In this document: in pieces, positions 32,317-43,065 of the stretch
How positions within the stretch are numbered: the stretch's first letter is position 1
How the letters are laid out: the number at the start of each line of letters is the position of its first letter
From: an uncultured Aliarcobacter sp.
GTDB taxonomy: Bacteria > Campylobacterota > Campylobacteria > Campylobacterales > Arcobacteraceae
Reading direction: 5' to 3'
Assembly (NCBI GenBank): GCA_963664305.2
Contig: CAXXLV010000001.1
Coordinates: 928,001 to 992,000, forward strand
DNA length: 64,000 nucleotides
Notes under the pieces: model-generated
Told to the model about the DNA's origin: nothing
The model's input: the letters and a program-made list of their open reading frames with translations, nothing else
Databases searched by the model: none
Translations under genes and position numbers: made by a program

Positions 32317-32350
32317 AAGAGTCAAATAAGAGTCATTTTGATAATATAAT
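32317..32350 (+). promoter_or_regulatory. Tandem-repeat regulator site plus -10 upstream of traT
   Basis: AAGAGTCA at 32317 and 32328 (11-bp period), 9 nt, TATAAT 32345-32350. Confidence 0.6.
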
Positions 32351-32379
32351 TTATTTTATTAATAAAAAGGGGAAAATAA

Positions 32380-33156
32380 ATGAATAAAATTAAAACATTT
32401 GGATTAAGTATTGCTGTTGCAACACTATTTTTTTCAGGTTGTGCAACAACTGAATTACAAACAAATGCGAAAATGACACAAAGTGTGTTTATTAATCCTG
32501 TAGCAAAAAGTAAAAGATTAATTTTTGTGTCAAGTAAAAATACAAGTGGACAAAAAATAAATCTTGAAAATAGTATTTTAAATGAGTTGCAAGCAAAAGG
32601 TTATACTATTGTTGATGATCCAGAACAAGCAACTTATGTTTTAATGATGAATGTATTATATTGTGATAAAAAACAAGAAAATAATGCTGTTGGAGGAGCT
32701 TTAGGTGCTGGTGCTGCAGGTGCAGGAATTGCAGCTTATAATGGTGGAGGAGCTGGAAAAACAATTGGTGTTGGTTTAGGAGCAGCACTTGTTGGAGGAT
32801 TAATTGCAAAAGCTACTGAAGATACAATTTATCAAATGCAAGTTGATATTATGATTAGAGAAAAAGCATCTGGTAAAGTTTATACTTCAAGTGCAACTGC
32901 AAATGGGCAATCAAGTGTAAGCGATTCAAGTAAAGCTGGATTTATGAATAGTTTTGGAGGTAATATCAAAAATACTGATGCTTCTGGAAGATTAAATTCA
33001 AATATGGCAAATGCAACAGCTCAACAATATGAGACAGATTATATAGAACATAAAACTATGTTATTTGCAGAAGCAACAAAAATGAATTTAACATTAGCAG
33101 AAGCAACACCTATTCTTGAAAAACAAATTTCAAGTCAAATTGCAGGATTATTTTAA
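32380..33156 (+). CDS. traT: TraT-family outer-membrane lipoprotein
   Basis: Lipobox FSGC, KMTQSVFINPV, GY.IVDDP, glycine-zipper segment, Y.MQVDI.I.E, C-terminal IAGLF. Confidence 0.82.
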   Translation: MNKIKTFGLSIAVATLFFSGCATTELQTNAKMTQSVFINPVAKSKRLIFVSSKNTSGQKINLENSILNELQAKGYTIVDDPEQATYVLMMNVLYCDKKQENNAVGGALGAGAAGAGIAAYNGGGAGKTIGVGLGAALVGGLIAKATEDTIYQMQVDIMIREKASGKVYTSSATANGQSSVSDSSKAGFMNSFGGNIKNTDASGRLNSNMANATAQQYETDYIEHKTMLFAEATKMNLTLAEATPILEKQISSQIAGLF

Positions 33157-33170
33157 TATCTATTTACAGT

Positions 33171-33202
33171 AACATCCTATCTAGTAAAGATAGGATGTTT
33201 TT
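33171..33202. terminator. Terminator between convergent lipoprotein genes
   Basis: aacatcctatct-agtaa-agataggatgtt followed by a T-run. Confidence 0.8.
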
Positions 33203-33582
33203 TATTTCAGTTTAACTAAATCACCTTGAACATTTACACAATCTTGTCCAAATAATAAAGGAATATACCAATGTGACCAATCAATTCTTGCATTTACAAG
33301 TAAATCACCATCTAAACCTTTTGTTTGTCCATTTTTAATTGCGTCATCCATTGCTCTTTGAATTCTATCATCATGATTTCCAATTGGAATGATGATAATT
33401 GTATTAATACAACTGTTACCTTCTGCTTTAACTTTTGTTTTATCTGTAATATCATAATTAAGATTTCTTACATTTTGTGTACTTGCAGCAGTAAATTGTC
33501 CAAGTCTTTGTGTACAACCTGTAAGACCTAAAATTAAAGTAGAAGTTAATGTTCCCATTAATAAGATTTTTGATAATTTCAT
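33202..33582 (-). CDS. Hypothetical lipoprotein
   Basis: Lipobox LTGC; two further Cys (possible disulfide); AAAGGA SD. Confidence 0.8.
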   Translation of the reverse strand: MKLSKILLMGTLTSTLILGLTGCTQRLGQFTAASTQNVRNLNYDITDKTKVKAEGNSCINTIIIIPIGNHDDRIQRAMDDAIKNGQTKGLDGDLLVNARIDWSHWYIPLLFGQDCVNVQGDLVKLK

Positions 33583-33775
33583 TTGATTCCTTTTTTGTTA
33601 ATTCAATAAATATTGTATAGTATTATATATAAATAACTTATTAAATATTTTTTAGAGCTTTTAAAATAGGCAAAAATTAAATTATTTAAATAAAAATAAT
33701 TTATTTAAATGGAGTTGAGTAAGTACAAGCCAAAATTTAGTATAATAGAAAACTTTTAAATTTAAGGTTTGGTAA

Positions 33776-34534
33776 ATGTCTGAGATAATAAACGAGAGTT
33801 CAACTCGTATAAAAACTGGTGTTGTTTTAATTTTAGCTATGTTGATACTTGGCTATATTGATTCATATTTCTTATTTTGGCTTGTTTTTGGAATTATGTT
33901 AATGATTTCAATTTCTGAATCAAAAAAATTATATAGTCTAAAAAGTGATAGTATTTATGTTTATACTGCTTTACTATGGTTTGCTGCATTTTTCTATCCA
34001 ATGCCAATTGATTTAATATTTGTTGTAGCTATTGGTTATGCATCTCAATTAGCTTATAAAAGAACATTAAATCAAAAATTATTTTTACCTCTTTTATATC
34101 CAACAGCTTCGTTCTTATTCTTATTAACGCTTTATAGTGAATATGGAGTAATGACTCTTTTATGGTTATTAGTAATTGTTGCAAGTACTGATATTGGAGC
34201 TTATTTTGTGGGAAGAACTTTTGGGAAAACAAAATTTTGTGAAACAAGTCCAAACAAAACAATTGAAGGTGTAATTGGTGGAGTTGTATTTGCTGTAGTT
34301 TTAGGAAGTTTATCTTCAATAAATGAAGTAAATTTCATTGGTGCAGTTCTTGTTTCAGCTATTGTATCTTTTGCTTCAGTGTTTGGTGATTTATTTGAAA
34401 GTTACCTAAAAAGAGAAGCTGGAGTAAAAGATAGCGGTTCAATTTTACCAGGACATGGTGGAGTTTTAGATAGAACAGATGGATATTTATTTGGTGCAAT
34501 TGCAATGTTAGTAGTTTTAAGGATTTTAATTTGA
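33776..34534 (+). CDS. cdsA: Phosphatidate cytidylyltransferase
   Basis: DIGAYF, SPNKTIEG, GDLFES.LKR, KDSG.ILPGHGGVLDR.D. Confidence 0.95.
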   Translation: MSEIINESSTRIKTGVVLILAMLILGYIDSYFLFWLVFGIMLMISISESKKLYSLKSDSIYVYTALLWFAAFFYPMPIDLIFVVAIGYASQLAYKRTLNQKLFLPLLYPTASFLFLLTLYSEYGVMTLLWLLVIVASTDIGAYFVGRTFGKTKFCETSPNKTIEGVIGGVVFAVVLGSLSSINEVNFIGAVLVSAIVSFASVFGDLFESYLKREAGVKDSGSILPGHGGVLDRTDGYLFGAIAMLVVLRILI

Positions 34535-35598
34535 TACTTCTTGGAAGTACAGGTTCAATAGGTGTAAATACATTAAATATTGCACGAAAATTTAACTTAA
34601 ATGTTGAAGTTTTAGTTGCAGGAAGAAATATTGATTTATTAAATCAACAAATAAAAGAGTTTAAACCTAAAAAAGTTGTTATTGATAGAGCTGAAGATGT
34701 AAGTTTAGTTTTACATGATAATGTATCTTTTGGAGAAGCTGCTATTTTAGAAGCAATAGAAAATAGCACTTCTCAAACAGTAGTAAATGCTCTTGTAGGA
34801 TTTTTAGGATTAAAACCAACTCTAAAAGCAATAGAATGTGGTAAAAAAATTGCTTTAGCAAATAAAGAATCACTTGTAGTTGCTGGAAAATTTATAGATC
34901 AAACAAAACTAAGCCCAATTGATAGTGAACATTTTGGTCTTTGGTATTTATTACAAAATAAAAAAATTGATTCTATGATGATAACTGCAAGTGGAGGTTC
35001 TTTTAGAGATTATCCACTTGAAAAGCTTTCAAATGTTTCTATAAAAGAGGCTCTTGCTCATCCAAATTGGTCAATGGGAAATAAAATAACTATTGATAGT
35101 GCAACTATGACAAATAAGTTATTTGAATTAGTAGAAGCTGCATGGCTTTTTGATACAAAAAAATTAGATGCAATTATTGAAACAAAGTCATTGATTCATG
35201 CATTTATAAATTTCTCAGATGGAAGTACAACAGCTCATATTGCAAATGCTTCAATGCAACTTCCAATTGCTTATGCAATTTTAGGGAAGTGTGATGAAGA
35301 GATTTTAAAACCTGTGGATTTAGTTGAAGTAGCAAATTTAGAATTTAGAAAAATTGAAACTTCAAGATATCCAATTTGGGAAATTAAAGATGAAATTCTT
35401 AATAATCTTGATTTAGGAGTTGTTTTAAATGCAGCAAATGAAGTTGCTGTATCAAAATTCTTAAATTCAAAAATAGGTTTTTTAGATATTTCAAAAATTA
35501 CTATGGATGCAATAAATAAATTTAATAATGTAAAAGCATCAACAATAGATGAAATTTTTCAAATAGATAAAGAAGTGAGAAAATATTGTGAGTTATGA
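34531..35598 (+). CDS. dxr: 1-deoxy-D-xylulose 5-phosphate reductoisomerase
   Basis: LGSTGSIG, LANKESLV, PIDSEH, TASGG, HPNWSMGNKITIDSATM. Confidence 0.97.
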   Translation: MILLGSTGSIGVNTLNIARKFNLNVEVLVAGRNIDLLNQQIKEFKPKKVVIDRAEDVSLVLHDNVSFGEAAILEAIENSTSQTVVNALVGFLGLKPTLKAIECGKKIALANKESLVVAGKFIDQTKLSPIDSEHFGLWYLLQNKKIDSMMITASGGSFRDYPLEKLSNVSIKEALAHPNWSMGNKITIDSATMTNKLFELVEAAWLFDTKKLDAIIETKSLIHAFINFSDGSTTAHIANASMQLPIAYAILGKCDEEILKPVDLVEVANLEFRKIETSRYPIWEIKDEILNNLDLGVVLNAANEVAVSKFLNSKIGFLDISKITMDAINKFNNVKASTIDEIFQIDKEVRKYCEL

Positions 35599-35869
35599 TT
35601 TAATTGTACCTTTTGGTATTTTACTCATTTTAGTAATTTATCTAATTTATACAAGAAATAATTTCGAAAAGAATATTACAAATTTGTATGAGAAAAAATT
35701 TGAAGAGTGGAAAAAACATAGTACAATAGAAGATAATAAAACTTCACAAAAAGAATTAGTTGGATTAGTTTTCAAAAAAGACTATAAAATAACTATAGAG
35801 TTTTTAGATGAGAATGTAGAATCACAACTAAATAGAGGAAAATTCGAAGTAACTAAATATAAAGGATAG
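35588..35869 (+). CDS. Hypothetical single-TM protein
   Basis: N-terminal TM segment; overlaps the dxr 3' end within the operon. Confidence 0.7.
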   Translation: MSYDLIVPFGILLILVIYLIYTRNNFEKNITNLYEKKFEEWKKHSTIEDNKTSQKELVGLVFKKDYKITIEFLDENVESQLNRGKFEVTKYKG

Positions 35870-35872
35870 ATA

Positions 35873-36298
35873 ATGAAATATCTATTTGTGTTATTGATGT
35901 TTTTTTCATTACTTGATGCAAAAATTTATCGAGATAGTGATAAACAAGTAGTTATTGATGATGTTGCAAAGCTTATGTGGAATGATAGTATTTCAGTGGT
36001 TAAAACTTTAAAAAATCATGAAAATGCTAAAAGCTTTTGTAGTAAAATGAATCATGCAGGATTTAATGATTGGCGATTACCAAAAATCGATGAATTTGAA
36101 TTAATCGTAGACAAAACAAATACAAAAACATATATAAATCGTGCATTTAAATATAATGTTCCAGACGGTTATTGGGCAGAAAAAGCTCATTGGAGAACAC
36201 TTTGGTATTATGCAGATTATATGCATTTTATAAGTGGCACACCTTATTATGATAATCGTATAAAAACAAAATATGTTAGATGTGTAAGAGATTATTAA
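35873..36298 (+). CDS. DUF1566 (Lcl)-domain secreted protein
   Basis: Signal peptide, LMW, A..FC..., DWRLP..E, YW, YVRCVR. Confidence 0.85.
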   Translation: MKYLFVLLMFFSLLDAKIYRDSDKQVVIDDVAKLMWNDSISVVKTLKNHENAKSFCSKMNHAGFNDWRLPKIDEFELIVDKTNTKTYINRAFKYNVPDGYWAEKAHWRTLWYYADYMHFISGTPYYDNRIKTKYVRCVRDY

Positions 36299-36309
36299 AG
36301 GATAAAGAT

Positions 36310-36873
36310 TTGAGTAAGAGAGTACTAATACTTCATGGACTAGGTGGCAGTGATTATCCTCATTGGCAATCACAACTTGCTATGGATTTAATAAAAGAAA
36401 ATTATGTAGTTTCATTTCCAGCATTTCCTAGTCGTGATAATCCAAAGTTAGAAGAGTGGAAAGAATTTTTAAAAAATGAAATAAAACATTTTAAACCTGA
36501 TATAGTTGTTTGTCACTCTTTAGCAAATGTTTTATGGTTCCACACTTGTGATGAACTTGATATAAAACTTGATAAATTAATGTTAGTAGCCCCTGTTAGT
36601 AGAAATAGAAGTATCGAAGAAGCTAAAACTTTTTATCCTTATCCAATTGCAAAAGATTTAAAAGCTCGTGAGATAATTATGGCAGCTTCAACAAATGACC
36701 CTTATATGAGTTTAGAAGAAGCGATAGAACTTCAATCAAAACTTAATATTGGTATGAAGATTATGGAAAATGCAGGACATATAAATGCTGCTTCTGGATT
36801 TGGTAAACTTGATTGTGCCCTTGATTGGATAAAACGAGTTGATGAATGTGAAATTAATAAAGAGCAGGAATGA
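36310..36873 (+). CDS. RBBP9/YdeN-family alpha/beta hydrolase
   Basis: LHGLGGS..PHWQ, HSL nucleophile elbow, LVAP, STNDPY, AGHIN; start moved to TTG 36310 after an AAGGA SD. Confidence 0.88.
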   Translation: MSKRVLILHGLGGSDYPHWQSQLAMDLIKENYVVSFPAFPSRDNPKLEEWKEFLKNEIKHFKPDIVVCHSLANVLWFHTCDELDIKLDKLMLVAPVSRNRSIEEAKTFYPYPIAKDLKAREIIMAASTNDPYMSLEEAIELQSKLNIGMKIMENAGHINAASGFGKLDCALDWIKRVDECEINKEQE

Positions 36874-37871
36874 TTTTAAGTATAGAAAGTAGTTGTGATG
36901 ATAGTTCAATTGCAATTACAAAAATAGATACTAATGAATTAGTTTATCACAAAAAAATTTCTCAAGAATTACAACATAGTATTTATGGAGGAGTTGTTCC
37001 AGAACTTGCTGCTAGACTTCATATTGAAGCACTTCCAAAAATACTTGAAGAGTGTAAAGAGTATTTCCCTAAACTTAAAGCAATAGCTGTTACAAATGCT
37101 CCTGGGCTTTCAGTTACATTAATGGAAGGTGTAACAATGGCAAAGGCTTTAAGTATCTCTTTAAATCTTCCATTAATAGCAGTTAATCATTTAAAAGGTC
37201 ATATTTATTCACTTTTTATAGAAAAAGAAGCTGTTCTTCCTATTACTGTTTTATTAGTTTCAGGTGGACATACTCAAATTATTGAAGCAAATAGTTTAAA
37301 TGATATGAAAGTTATTGCAACTACTATTGATGATAGTTTTGGTGAGAGTTTTGATAAAGTTGCTAAGATGTTAGGACTTGGTTATCCAGGTGGTCCAGTT
37401 GTTCAAGAGTATTCTTTAAAAGGTGATGTAAATAGATTTGAGTTACCAATTCCTCTTAGTCAAAGTCCAAAAATAGAGTTTAGTTATAGTGGGCTTAAAA
37501 ATGCAGTTAGACTTCATATTGAAAAGCTTGAAAATAGTGAAGCTGGAATTACTGAACAAGATAAATATGATATTTGTGCCTCTTTTCAAAAAACAGCTGC
37601 TGACCATATTTTGCAAAAATTAAAAAAACAATTTAAACAAAAAGTTCCAAAAAACTTTGCAATAGTAGGCGGTGCTAGTGCAAATATTTATTTACGAGCT
37701 AAAATTGATGAACTTTGTAAAAAGCATAATATGAATCTATATCTTAGTGAATTAAAATATTGTAGTGATAATGCAGCTATGATAGGAAGAGTTGCAGTTG
37801 AACAATATAAATTAAATGATTTTATTAGTTGTGAAGAAATAGATATACAAACAAGAATAAAGGAGTTTTGA
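36870..37871 (+). CDS. tsaD: tRNA N6-threonylcarbamoyladenosine biosynthesis protein
   Basis: [41 protein letters not shown]. Confidence 0.97.
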   Translation: MILSIESSCDDSSIAITKIDTNELVYHKKISQELQHSIYGGVVPELAARLHIEALPKILEECKEYFPKLKAIAVTNAPGLSVTLMEGVTMAKALSISLNLPLIAVNHLKGHIYSLFIEKEAVLPITVLLVSGGHTQIIEANSLNDMKVIATTIDDSFGESFDKVAKMLGLGYPGGPVVQEYSLKGDVNRFELPIPLSQSPKIEFSYSGLKNAVRLHIEKLENSEAGITEQDKYDICASFQKTAADHILQKLKKQFKQKVPKNFAIVGGASANIYLRAKIDELCKKHNMNLYLSELKYCSDNAAMIGRVAVEQYKLNDFISCEEIDIQTRIKEF

Positions 37872-38218
37872 TGAGTTTAGCAGATATGTTATCAAAAGGA
37901 TTAGGTTCAAAACTTGAAGGAAATAATCACGATACGATAAAAGAGGATAAAAAAAATCCAAAAAAATCTTCAAATGAATTAATACCAAAAAATCAACATC
38001 AATTGGTTTTTACATTTGAGAAAAGAAATGGAAAACCTGTAACTTTAGTTGGAAGATTTTATATAGAAGAAAGTGAGAAAAAAGAGGTTTTAAAGCTTTT
38101 AAAGAAGAAACTTGCTTGTGGTGGAGCAATAAATAATGAATGGTTAGAAATTCAAGGTGATTTTAAAGATAAGATAAAAACAATATTACTTGATAATGGA
38201 TGGAAATTTAAAAACTAA
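37871..38218 (+). CDS. SUI1/YciH-family translation initiation factor
   Basis: KRNGKPVTLV, LKKKLACGG, EIQGD; start at ATG 37871 or TTG 37868. Confidence 0.88.
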   Translation: MSLADMLSKGLGSKLEGNNHDTIKEDKKNPKKSSNELIPKNQHQLVFTFEKRNGKPVTLVGRFYIEESEKKEVLKLLKKKLACGGAINNEWLEIQGDFKDKIKTILLDNGWKFKN

Positions 38219-38238
38219 ATTATTGAAGGAGCTGTATT

Positions 38239-39624
38239 ATGCAAAAAATATTTGATGAGGTAAATTCTTTAGATAAAAGATGTTACGAAGAGTTTTTCTT
38301 AAATGAAGATATTTTAATGGAGCATGCAGCTTCTAGTATGTGCTCTTATATTGAGGACATTTTTGAAGAAAATAAAAGTATATTGATTGTTTGTGGAAGT
38401 GGAAATAATGGTGCTGATGGATTAGCACTTGCTAGACTTTTGTATAAAAAATTTGATGTAAGTTTATATCTTGCAAATGAACTAAAATCTTCAATGGCAA
38501 AACTTCAATACAAAAGAGTTAAAACTTTAAATATAAAAGAAGTAGATGAAGTTTTAGAAGCTGACATAATAGTTGATTGTTTGTTTGGGACAGGTCTAAA
38601 TAAACCTTTAGATGAAAAATATTTAGAATTAATTGATAATTTAAACTCTTATAATTCTTTTAAAATAGCTTGTGACATTCCAAGTGGAATAAATAGTTTA
38701 GGACAAATAAATAGTTCTACTTTTGAAGCAGATGTAACTATTACAATGGGTGCACTTAAAACTTCACTTTTTACAGATTTAGCAAAGGATTATGTTGGTG
38801 AAATAATTGTAGCAAATCTTGGTGTTCAAAGAGAGATTTATGAAACACAAACTAATAAATTTTTATTAGATGAAAGTGATATGAATTTACCTTTTAGAAA
38901 TAAAAAAAATTCTCATAAAGGCAGTTTTGGACATTTAAATGTAGTTGCAGGTTGCAAAAAAGGTGCGGGAATAATTGCAGCAAAAGCAGCTTTTGGATTT
39001 GGTGCTGGACTTGTAAGTGTAGTTTGTCATGAAAATCTTGATTTACCTTATCATATTATGCAAACTCATTTTATTAGTGAAAATTGCACAGCAATTGCAA
39101 TTGGTATGGGTTTAGGAAAATATGAAACAGATGAAATAAGAAAGATTTTAAATAAACCTATATCAAAAATTATTGATGCTGATTTGTTTTATGATGAACT
39201 AATTGTTGAAGTATTAGATAAAGAAATTGTTTTAACGCCACATCCAAAAGAGTTTGTTTCATTATTAAAACTTACAAATATTGCAGATATAAGTGTGGAA
39301 AAACTACAAAACAATAGATTTTTATATGTTGAAAAATTTTCAAAAAAATATCCTAAAGTTGTTTTACTTTTAAAAGGAGCAAATGTAATTATTGCTCAAA
39401 ATGAAAAACTTTATATAAATAGTTTTGGAAGTGCCGTTTTAAGTAAAGGTGGTAGTGGTGATGTTTTAAGTGGACTTATAGGTTCTCTTTTAGCTCAAGA
39501 TTATAATCCACTAGATGCAGCAATAAGTGCAAGTTTAGCCCATACCTTGGCGGCAAGAAATTATAAAAAGAATAACTACTCTTTAATTCCTTCCGATTTA
39601 GTTGAAGAGATTAGAAAACTATGA
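38239..39624 (+). CDS. nnr: Bifunctional NAD(P)H-hydrate epimerase/dehydratase
   Basis: LMEHA, GSGNNGADG, DIPSG, HKGSFG, IIDAD, LTPHPKEF, GGSGDVLSG. Confidence 0.93.
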   Translation: MQKIFDEVNSLDKRCYEEFFLNEDILMEHAASSMCSYIEDIFEENKSILIVCGSGNNGADGLALARLLYKKFDVSLYLANELKSSMAKLQYKRVKTLNIKEVDEVLEADIIVDCLFGTGLNKPLDEKYLELIDNLNSYNSFKIACDIPSGINSLGQINSSTFEADVTITMGALKTSLFTDLAKDYVGEIIVANLGVQREIYETQTNKFLLDESDMNLPFRNKKNSHKGSFGHLNVVAGCKKGAGIIAAKAAFGFGAGLVSVVCHENLDLPYHIMQTHFISENCTAIAIGMGLGKYETDEIRKILNKPISKIIDADLFYDELIVEVLDKEIVLTPHPKEFVSLLKLTNIADISVEKLQNNRFLYVEKFSKKYPKVVLLLKGANVIIAQNEKLYINSFGSAVLSKGGSGDVLSGLIGSLLAQDYNPLDAAISASLAHTLAARNYKKNNYSLIPSDLVEEIRKL

Positions 39625-39932
39625 AAGCAATAATAATTCAAACGACTTGCTCAACAAAAGATGAAGCAACAAAGATATCAAAAGTATTAATAGAAGAAAA
39701 ACTTGCAGCTTGTGTGCAACTAAGCCAAATAGAATCGTTTTATAATTGGCAAGAAAAATTCTGTAGTGATAATGAAACACTTTTAAATATAAAAACAAGA
39801 AAAGATAATTTTGACAAAATTAAAAGCAAAATATTAGAATTACATAGTTATGATTTGCCTGAAATTATTCAACTCGATATTGCAAATGCAAGTGAAGAAT
39901 ATTTAAAATTTATAGGAGATAATACAATATGA
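39621..39932 (+). CDS. cutA: Divalent-cation tolerance protein
   Basis: [19 protein letters not shown]. Confidence 0.93.
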   Translation: MKAIIIQTTCSTKDEATKISKVLIEEKLAACVQLSQIESFYNWQEKFCSDNETLLNIKTRKDNFDKIKSKILELHSYDLPEIIQLDIANASEEYLKFIGDNTI

Positions 39933-40708
39933 GTGATATTTTAAAAATTGGTAAATATGAATTTAATAGTAGATTAATCGTTGGAAGTGGTAAATATAAA
40001 GATTTTCAAACAACTAAAGATGCAACATTAGCTTCAGGTTCTGAGTTAATAACAGTTGCTATTAGAAGAGTAAATATTACAAATCCAAATGAAGAAAATT
40101 TACTAGATTATTTTAAAGATACAAATGTAAAATTATTACCAAATAGTGCAGGGTGTTTTACTGCTGAAGAAGCAATTACAACTTTTAGACTGATGAGAGA
40201 AGCAACAGGAATAGATATTATTAAACTTGAAGTTATTGGTGATGCACAAAAAACTTTGTATCCAGATGTAATTGAAACAATCAAAGCTTGTGAAATCTTA
40301 AAAAAAGATGGTTTTACAATTATGGCTTATACAAGTGATGATCCAATAATTGCAAAAAGATTAGAAGATGCAGGAGCTGATGCTATTATGCCATTAGCTG
40401 CACCTATTGGTTCAGGACTTGGAATTCAAAATAAATATAATATTGCATTTATTAGAGAAGCTGTAAAAGTTCCAGTAATTGTAGATGCAGGTGTTGGATG
40501 TGCTAGTGATGCAACAATTGCTATGGAATTAGGAGCTGAAGCAGTTTTAACAAATACTGCGATTGCTTGTGCTCAAAATCCAATTCAAATGGCAGAAGCA
40601 ATGAAATATGCAGTTATTGCAGGAAGACTTGGTTATAAAGCGGGAAGAATCCCTAAAAAGCCTTATGCAACAGCTAGTTCACCAGTTGATGGATTGATTC
40701 AATTTTAA
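39929..40708 (+). CDS. thiG: Thiazole synthase
   Basis: [43 protein letters not shown]. Confidence 0.97.
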   Translation: MSDILKIGKYEFNSRLIVGSGKYKDFQTTKDATLASGSELITVAIRRVNITNPNEENLLDYFKDTNVKLLPNSAGCFTAEEAITTFRLMREATGIDIIKLEVIGDAQKTLYPDVIETIKACEILKKDGFTIMAYTSDDPIIAKRLEDAGADAIMPLAAPIGSGLGIQNKYNIAFIREAVKVPVIVDAGVGCASDATIAMELGAEAVLTNTAIACAQNPIQMAEAMKYAVIAGRLGYKAGRIPKKPYATASSPVDGLIQF

Positions 40709-40756
40709 TGAATTTAGAGAAATTTTGAAATTTTTCAAAATTTCTTCTAAAAACCC

Positions 40757-40785
40757 TTGACAAAGTTAAATATATTTAATATAAT
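40757..40785 (+). promoter_or_regulatory. Consensus sigma70 promoter of the tRNA cluster
   Basis: TTGACA 40757-40762, 17-nt spacer, TATAAT 40780-40785. Confidence 0.9.
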
Positions 40786-40821
40786 TCCGTCCACTTTTTG
40801 TGAAACTTCAAACTTTTTTGT

Positions 40822-40899
40822 CGGGGCGTAGCGCAGTCTGGTTAGCGCACCTGGTTTGGGACCAGGGGGCCGGAGGTTCGAATCCTCTCGCCCCGACCA
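40822..40899 (+). tRNA. tRNA-Pro(TGG)
   Basis: Cloverleaf, anticodon arm cctgg-ttTGGga-ccagg, GTTCGAATC, encoded CCA. Confidence 0.97.
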
Positions 40900-40919
40900 T
40901 TTAATTATTTAAATCTTGT

Positions 40920-40997
40920 GGTAGGTATAGCTCAGTCGGTTAGAGCATCGGGTTGTGGTTCCGAGGGTCGTGGGTTCGAGCCCCATTACCTACCCCA
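40920..40997 (+). tRNA. tRNA-His(GTG)
   Basis: G-1, anticodon loop ttGTGgt, C discriminator, CCA. Confidence 0.97.
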
Positions 40998-41011
40998 TTT
41001 TATTTTTTATT

Positions 41012-41088
<77 letters not shown>

Positions 41089-41136
41089 CTTTTTGGTTTA
41101 GGTTTACCATCTAAATCTTTTTTTATAAAAATTTTT

Positions 41137-41221
41137 GCGGATGTGGTGAAATTGGTAGACACGCCAGACTTAGGATCTGGTGCCTCACGGTGTAAGAGTT
41201 CGAGTCTCTTCATCCGCACCA
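41137..41221 (+). tRNA. tRNA-Leu(TAG)
   Basis: ccaga-ctTAGga-tctgg, long variable arm, CCA. Confidence 0.97.
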
Positions 41222-41230
41222 CTATATGAA

Positions 41231-41307
41231 GCGGGAGTAGCTCAGTTGGCTAGAGCTTCTGCCTTCCAAGCAGACTGTCGCGAGTTCGAGTCTCGTCTCC
41301 CGCTCCA
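41231..41307 (+). tRNA. tRNA-Gly(TCC), copy 1
   Basis: tctgc-ctTCCaa-gcaga, CCA. Confidence 0.97.
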
Positions 41308-41312
41308 TTTTT

Positions 41313-41359
41313 AAAGCCTTATATAAAAAGTTTTTTACTTATTATATAAGGCTTTTTTT
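41313..41359 (+). terminator. Long hairpin plus U-tract after tRNA-Gly copy 1
   Basis: aaagccttatataa...ttatataaggcttt followed by tttt. Confidence 0.7.
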
Positions 41360-41375
41360 AACCTTATTTTTTATT

Positions 41376-41452
<77 letters not shown>

Positions 41453-41458
41453 CTTTGA

Positions 41459-41535
41459 GCGGGAGTAGCTCAGTTGGCTAGAGCTTCTGCCTTCCAAGCA
41501 GACTGTCGCGAGTTCGAGTCTCGTCTCCCGCTCCA
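41459..41535 (+). tRNA. tRNA-Gly(TCC), copy 2
   Basis: Identical to 41231-41307. Confidence 0.97.
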
Positions 41536-41539
41536 TTTT

Positions 41540-41588
41540 AAAGGCTTTGTATAGAAAGTTTTGTACTTTTTATGCAAAGCCTTTTTTT
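41540..41588 (+). terminator. Long hairpin plus U-tract after tRNA-Gly copy 2
   Basis: 20-bp stem with two G-U pairs, then a T-run. Confidence 0.78.
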
Positions 41589-41667
41589 ATTTATATATTC
41601 TCAATAATGCTTTTACTTTTTTTAAAACTAAACATATATTTATATAATTGATATTTATTTTGGGCAT

Positions 41668-41701
41668 AAAAAAAGCCCTTGTAGATGTACTACAAGGGCT
41701 T
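41668..41701 (-). terminator. Intrinsic terminator of oadGAB
   Basis: aagcccttgtag-atgta-ctacaagggctt, U-run on the minus strand. Confidence 0.88.
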
Positions 41702-41722
41702 AATATAAAGATATTGAATAGA

Positions 41723-43048
41723 TTATTTAAATATCGATAAAAGGACACCAGCAGCAACTGCTGAACCAATAACACCAGCCACATTAGGACCCATCGCATG
41801 CATTAATAAAATGTTCGATTTGTCATAAAGTTGACCTTCTTTACTAACAACCCTTGCTGCCATTGGCACAGCAGATACTCCAGCTGCTCCAATTAAAGGA
41901 TTTATTTGACTCTCTTTTGAACTTACTAAATTCATGATTTTTGCCATTATTACACCCATTGCAGTTCCTGCAGCAAATGCTAAAAGACCAATTGCCATAA
42001 TACCTAATGTCTCAGCTACTAAGAATTGCTCTGATGCTAGTTTTGAACCAACACCTAATCCTAAAAATATTGTTACAATATTAATTAATGCGTTTTGCAT
42101 TGTATCAGAAAGTCTATCAACAACTCCTGATTCCCTTGCAAAATTTCCAAAACATAATGCTCCAATTAATGGTGCAGCATCTGGTAAAATTAATAAAGTT
42201 AAAGATAATACCACTAATGGAAATACAATTTTTTCTAACTTAGAAACCTTTCTAAGTGTAGACATTTTTATTTTTCTCTCTTTTTCAGTAGTTAATACTC
42301 TCATAATTGGTGGTTGAATTAGTGGTACTAATGCCATATATGAATAAGCAGCAACAGCAATAGCTCCAAGTAATTCAGGTGCAAGTTTTGAAGCAACGAA
42401 AATTGATGTTGGTCCATCAGCTCCACCAATAATAGAAATTGCAGCAGCTTGTTCTAATGTAAAGTTAATTCCTGGAACAAATTGTGCTAATAACACTGCA
42501 CCAACTAATGATCCAAAGATTCCAAATTGTGCAGCTCCACCTAATAATGCAGTTTTTGGATTAGCTAATAATGGACCAAAGTCTGTCATAGCTCCAACAC
42601 CCATAAAGATTAATAATGGGAAGAATTGATTTGTAATACCCATACTATAAATAATTCCTAACATTCCATCATGTCCTGCCATATTTGCTATAGGAATATT
42701 TGCTAATAATCCACCAAATCCAATAGGAATTAATAATAATGGTTCAAACCCTTTTTTAATTGCTAAATAGAATAATAAGAAACAGATGAAAATCATGATG
42801 ATTCTTCCATACCCTTGAGCAAAGAATGTCATCTCTTTTCCATGTGAATCTAATACACCAGCTTGCGGTTCAAACAAGGCTTTAATACCAGTTGTTGCAT
42901 AAAACGAATCAACTAGTTCACCCATTGTTTTTGAATGATAAGGCTGTTTTTCTTCTGTTGGTGTTTCAACACTTGGTGTTGAAGCAAAACTATTTAGTGC
43001 AAATGCACTAAATAGAAGAAAAATTGCTATTAATATATTTTTTTTCAT
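41723..43048 (-). CDS. oadB: Na+-translocating oxaloacetate decarboxylase beta subunit
   Basis: [50 protein letters not shown]. Confidence 0.93.
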   Translation of the reverse strand: MKKNILIAIFLLFSAFALNSFASTPSVETPTEEKQPYHSKTMGELVDSFYATTGIKALFEPQAGVLDSHGKEMTFFAQGYGRIIMIFICFLLFYLAIKKGFEPLLLIPIGFGGLLANIPIANMAGHDGMLGIIYSMGITNQFFPLLIFMGVGAMTDFGPLLANPKTALLGGAAQFGIFGSLVGAVLLAQFVPGINFTLEQAAAISIIGGADGPTSIFVASKLAPELLGAIAVAAYSYMALVPLIQPPIMRVLTTEKERKIKMSTLRKVSKLEKIVFPLVVLSLTLLILPDAAPLIGALCFGNFARESGVVDRLSDTMQNALINIVTIFLGLGVGSKLASEQFLVAETLGIMAIGLLAFAAGTAMGVIMAKIMNLVSSKESQINPLIGAAGVSAVPMAARVVSKEGQLYDKSNILLMHAMGPNVAGVIGSAVAAGVLLSIFK

Positions 43049-43065
43049 TAATTACCCTCAAATTA

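Noticed and set aside
40714..40750. AT-rich inverted repeat after thiG
   Set aside because: Probably a weak terminator or upstream element of the tRNA promoter; no clear U-tract, so not called.
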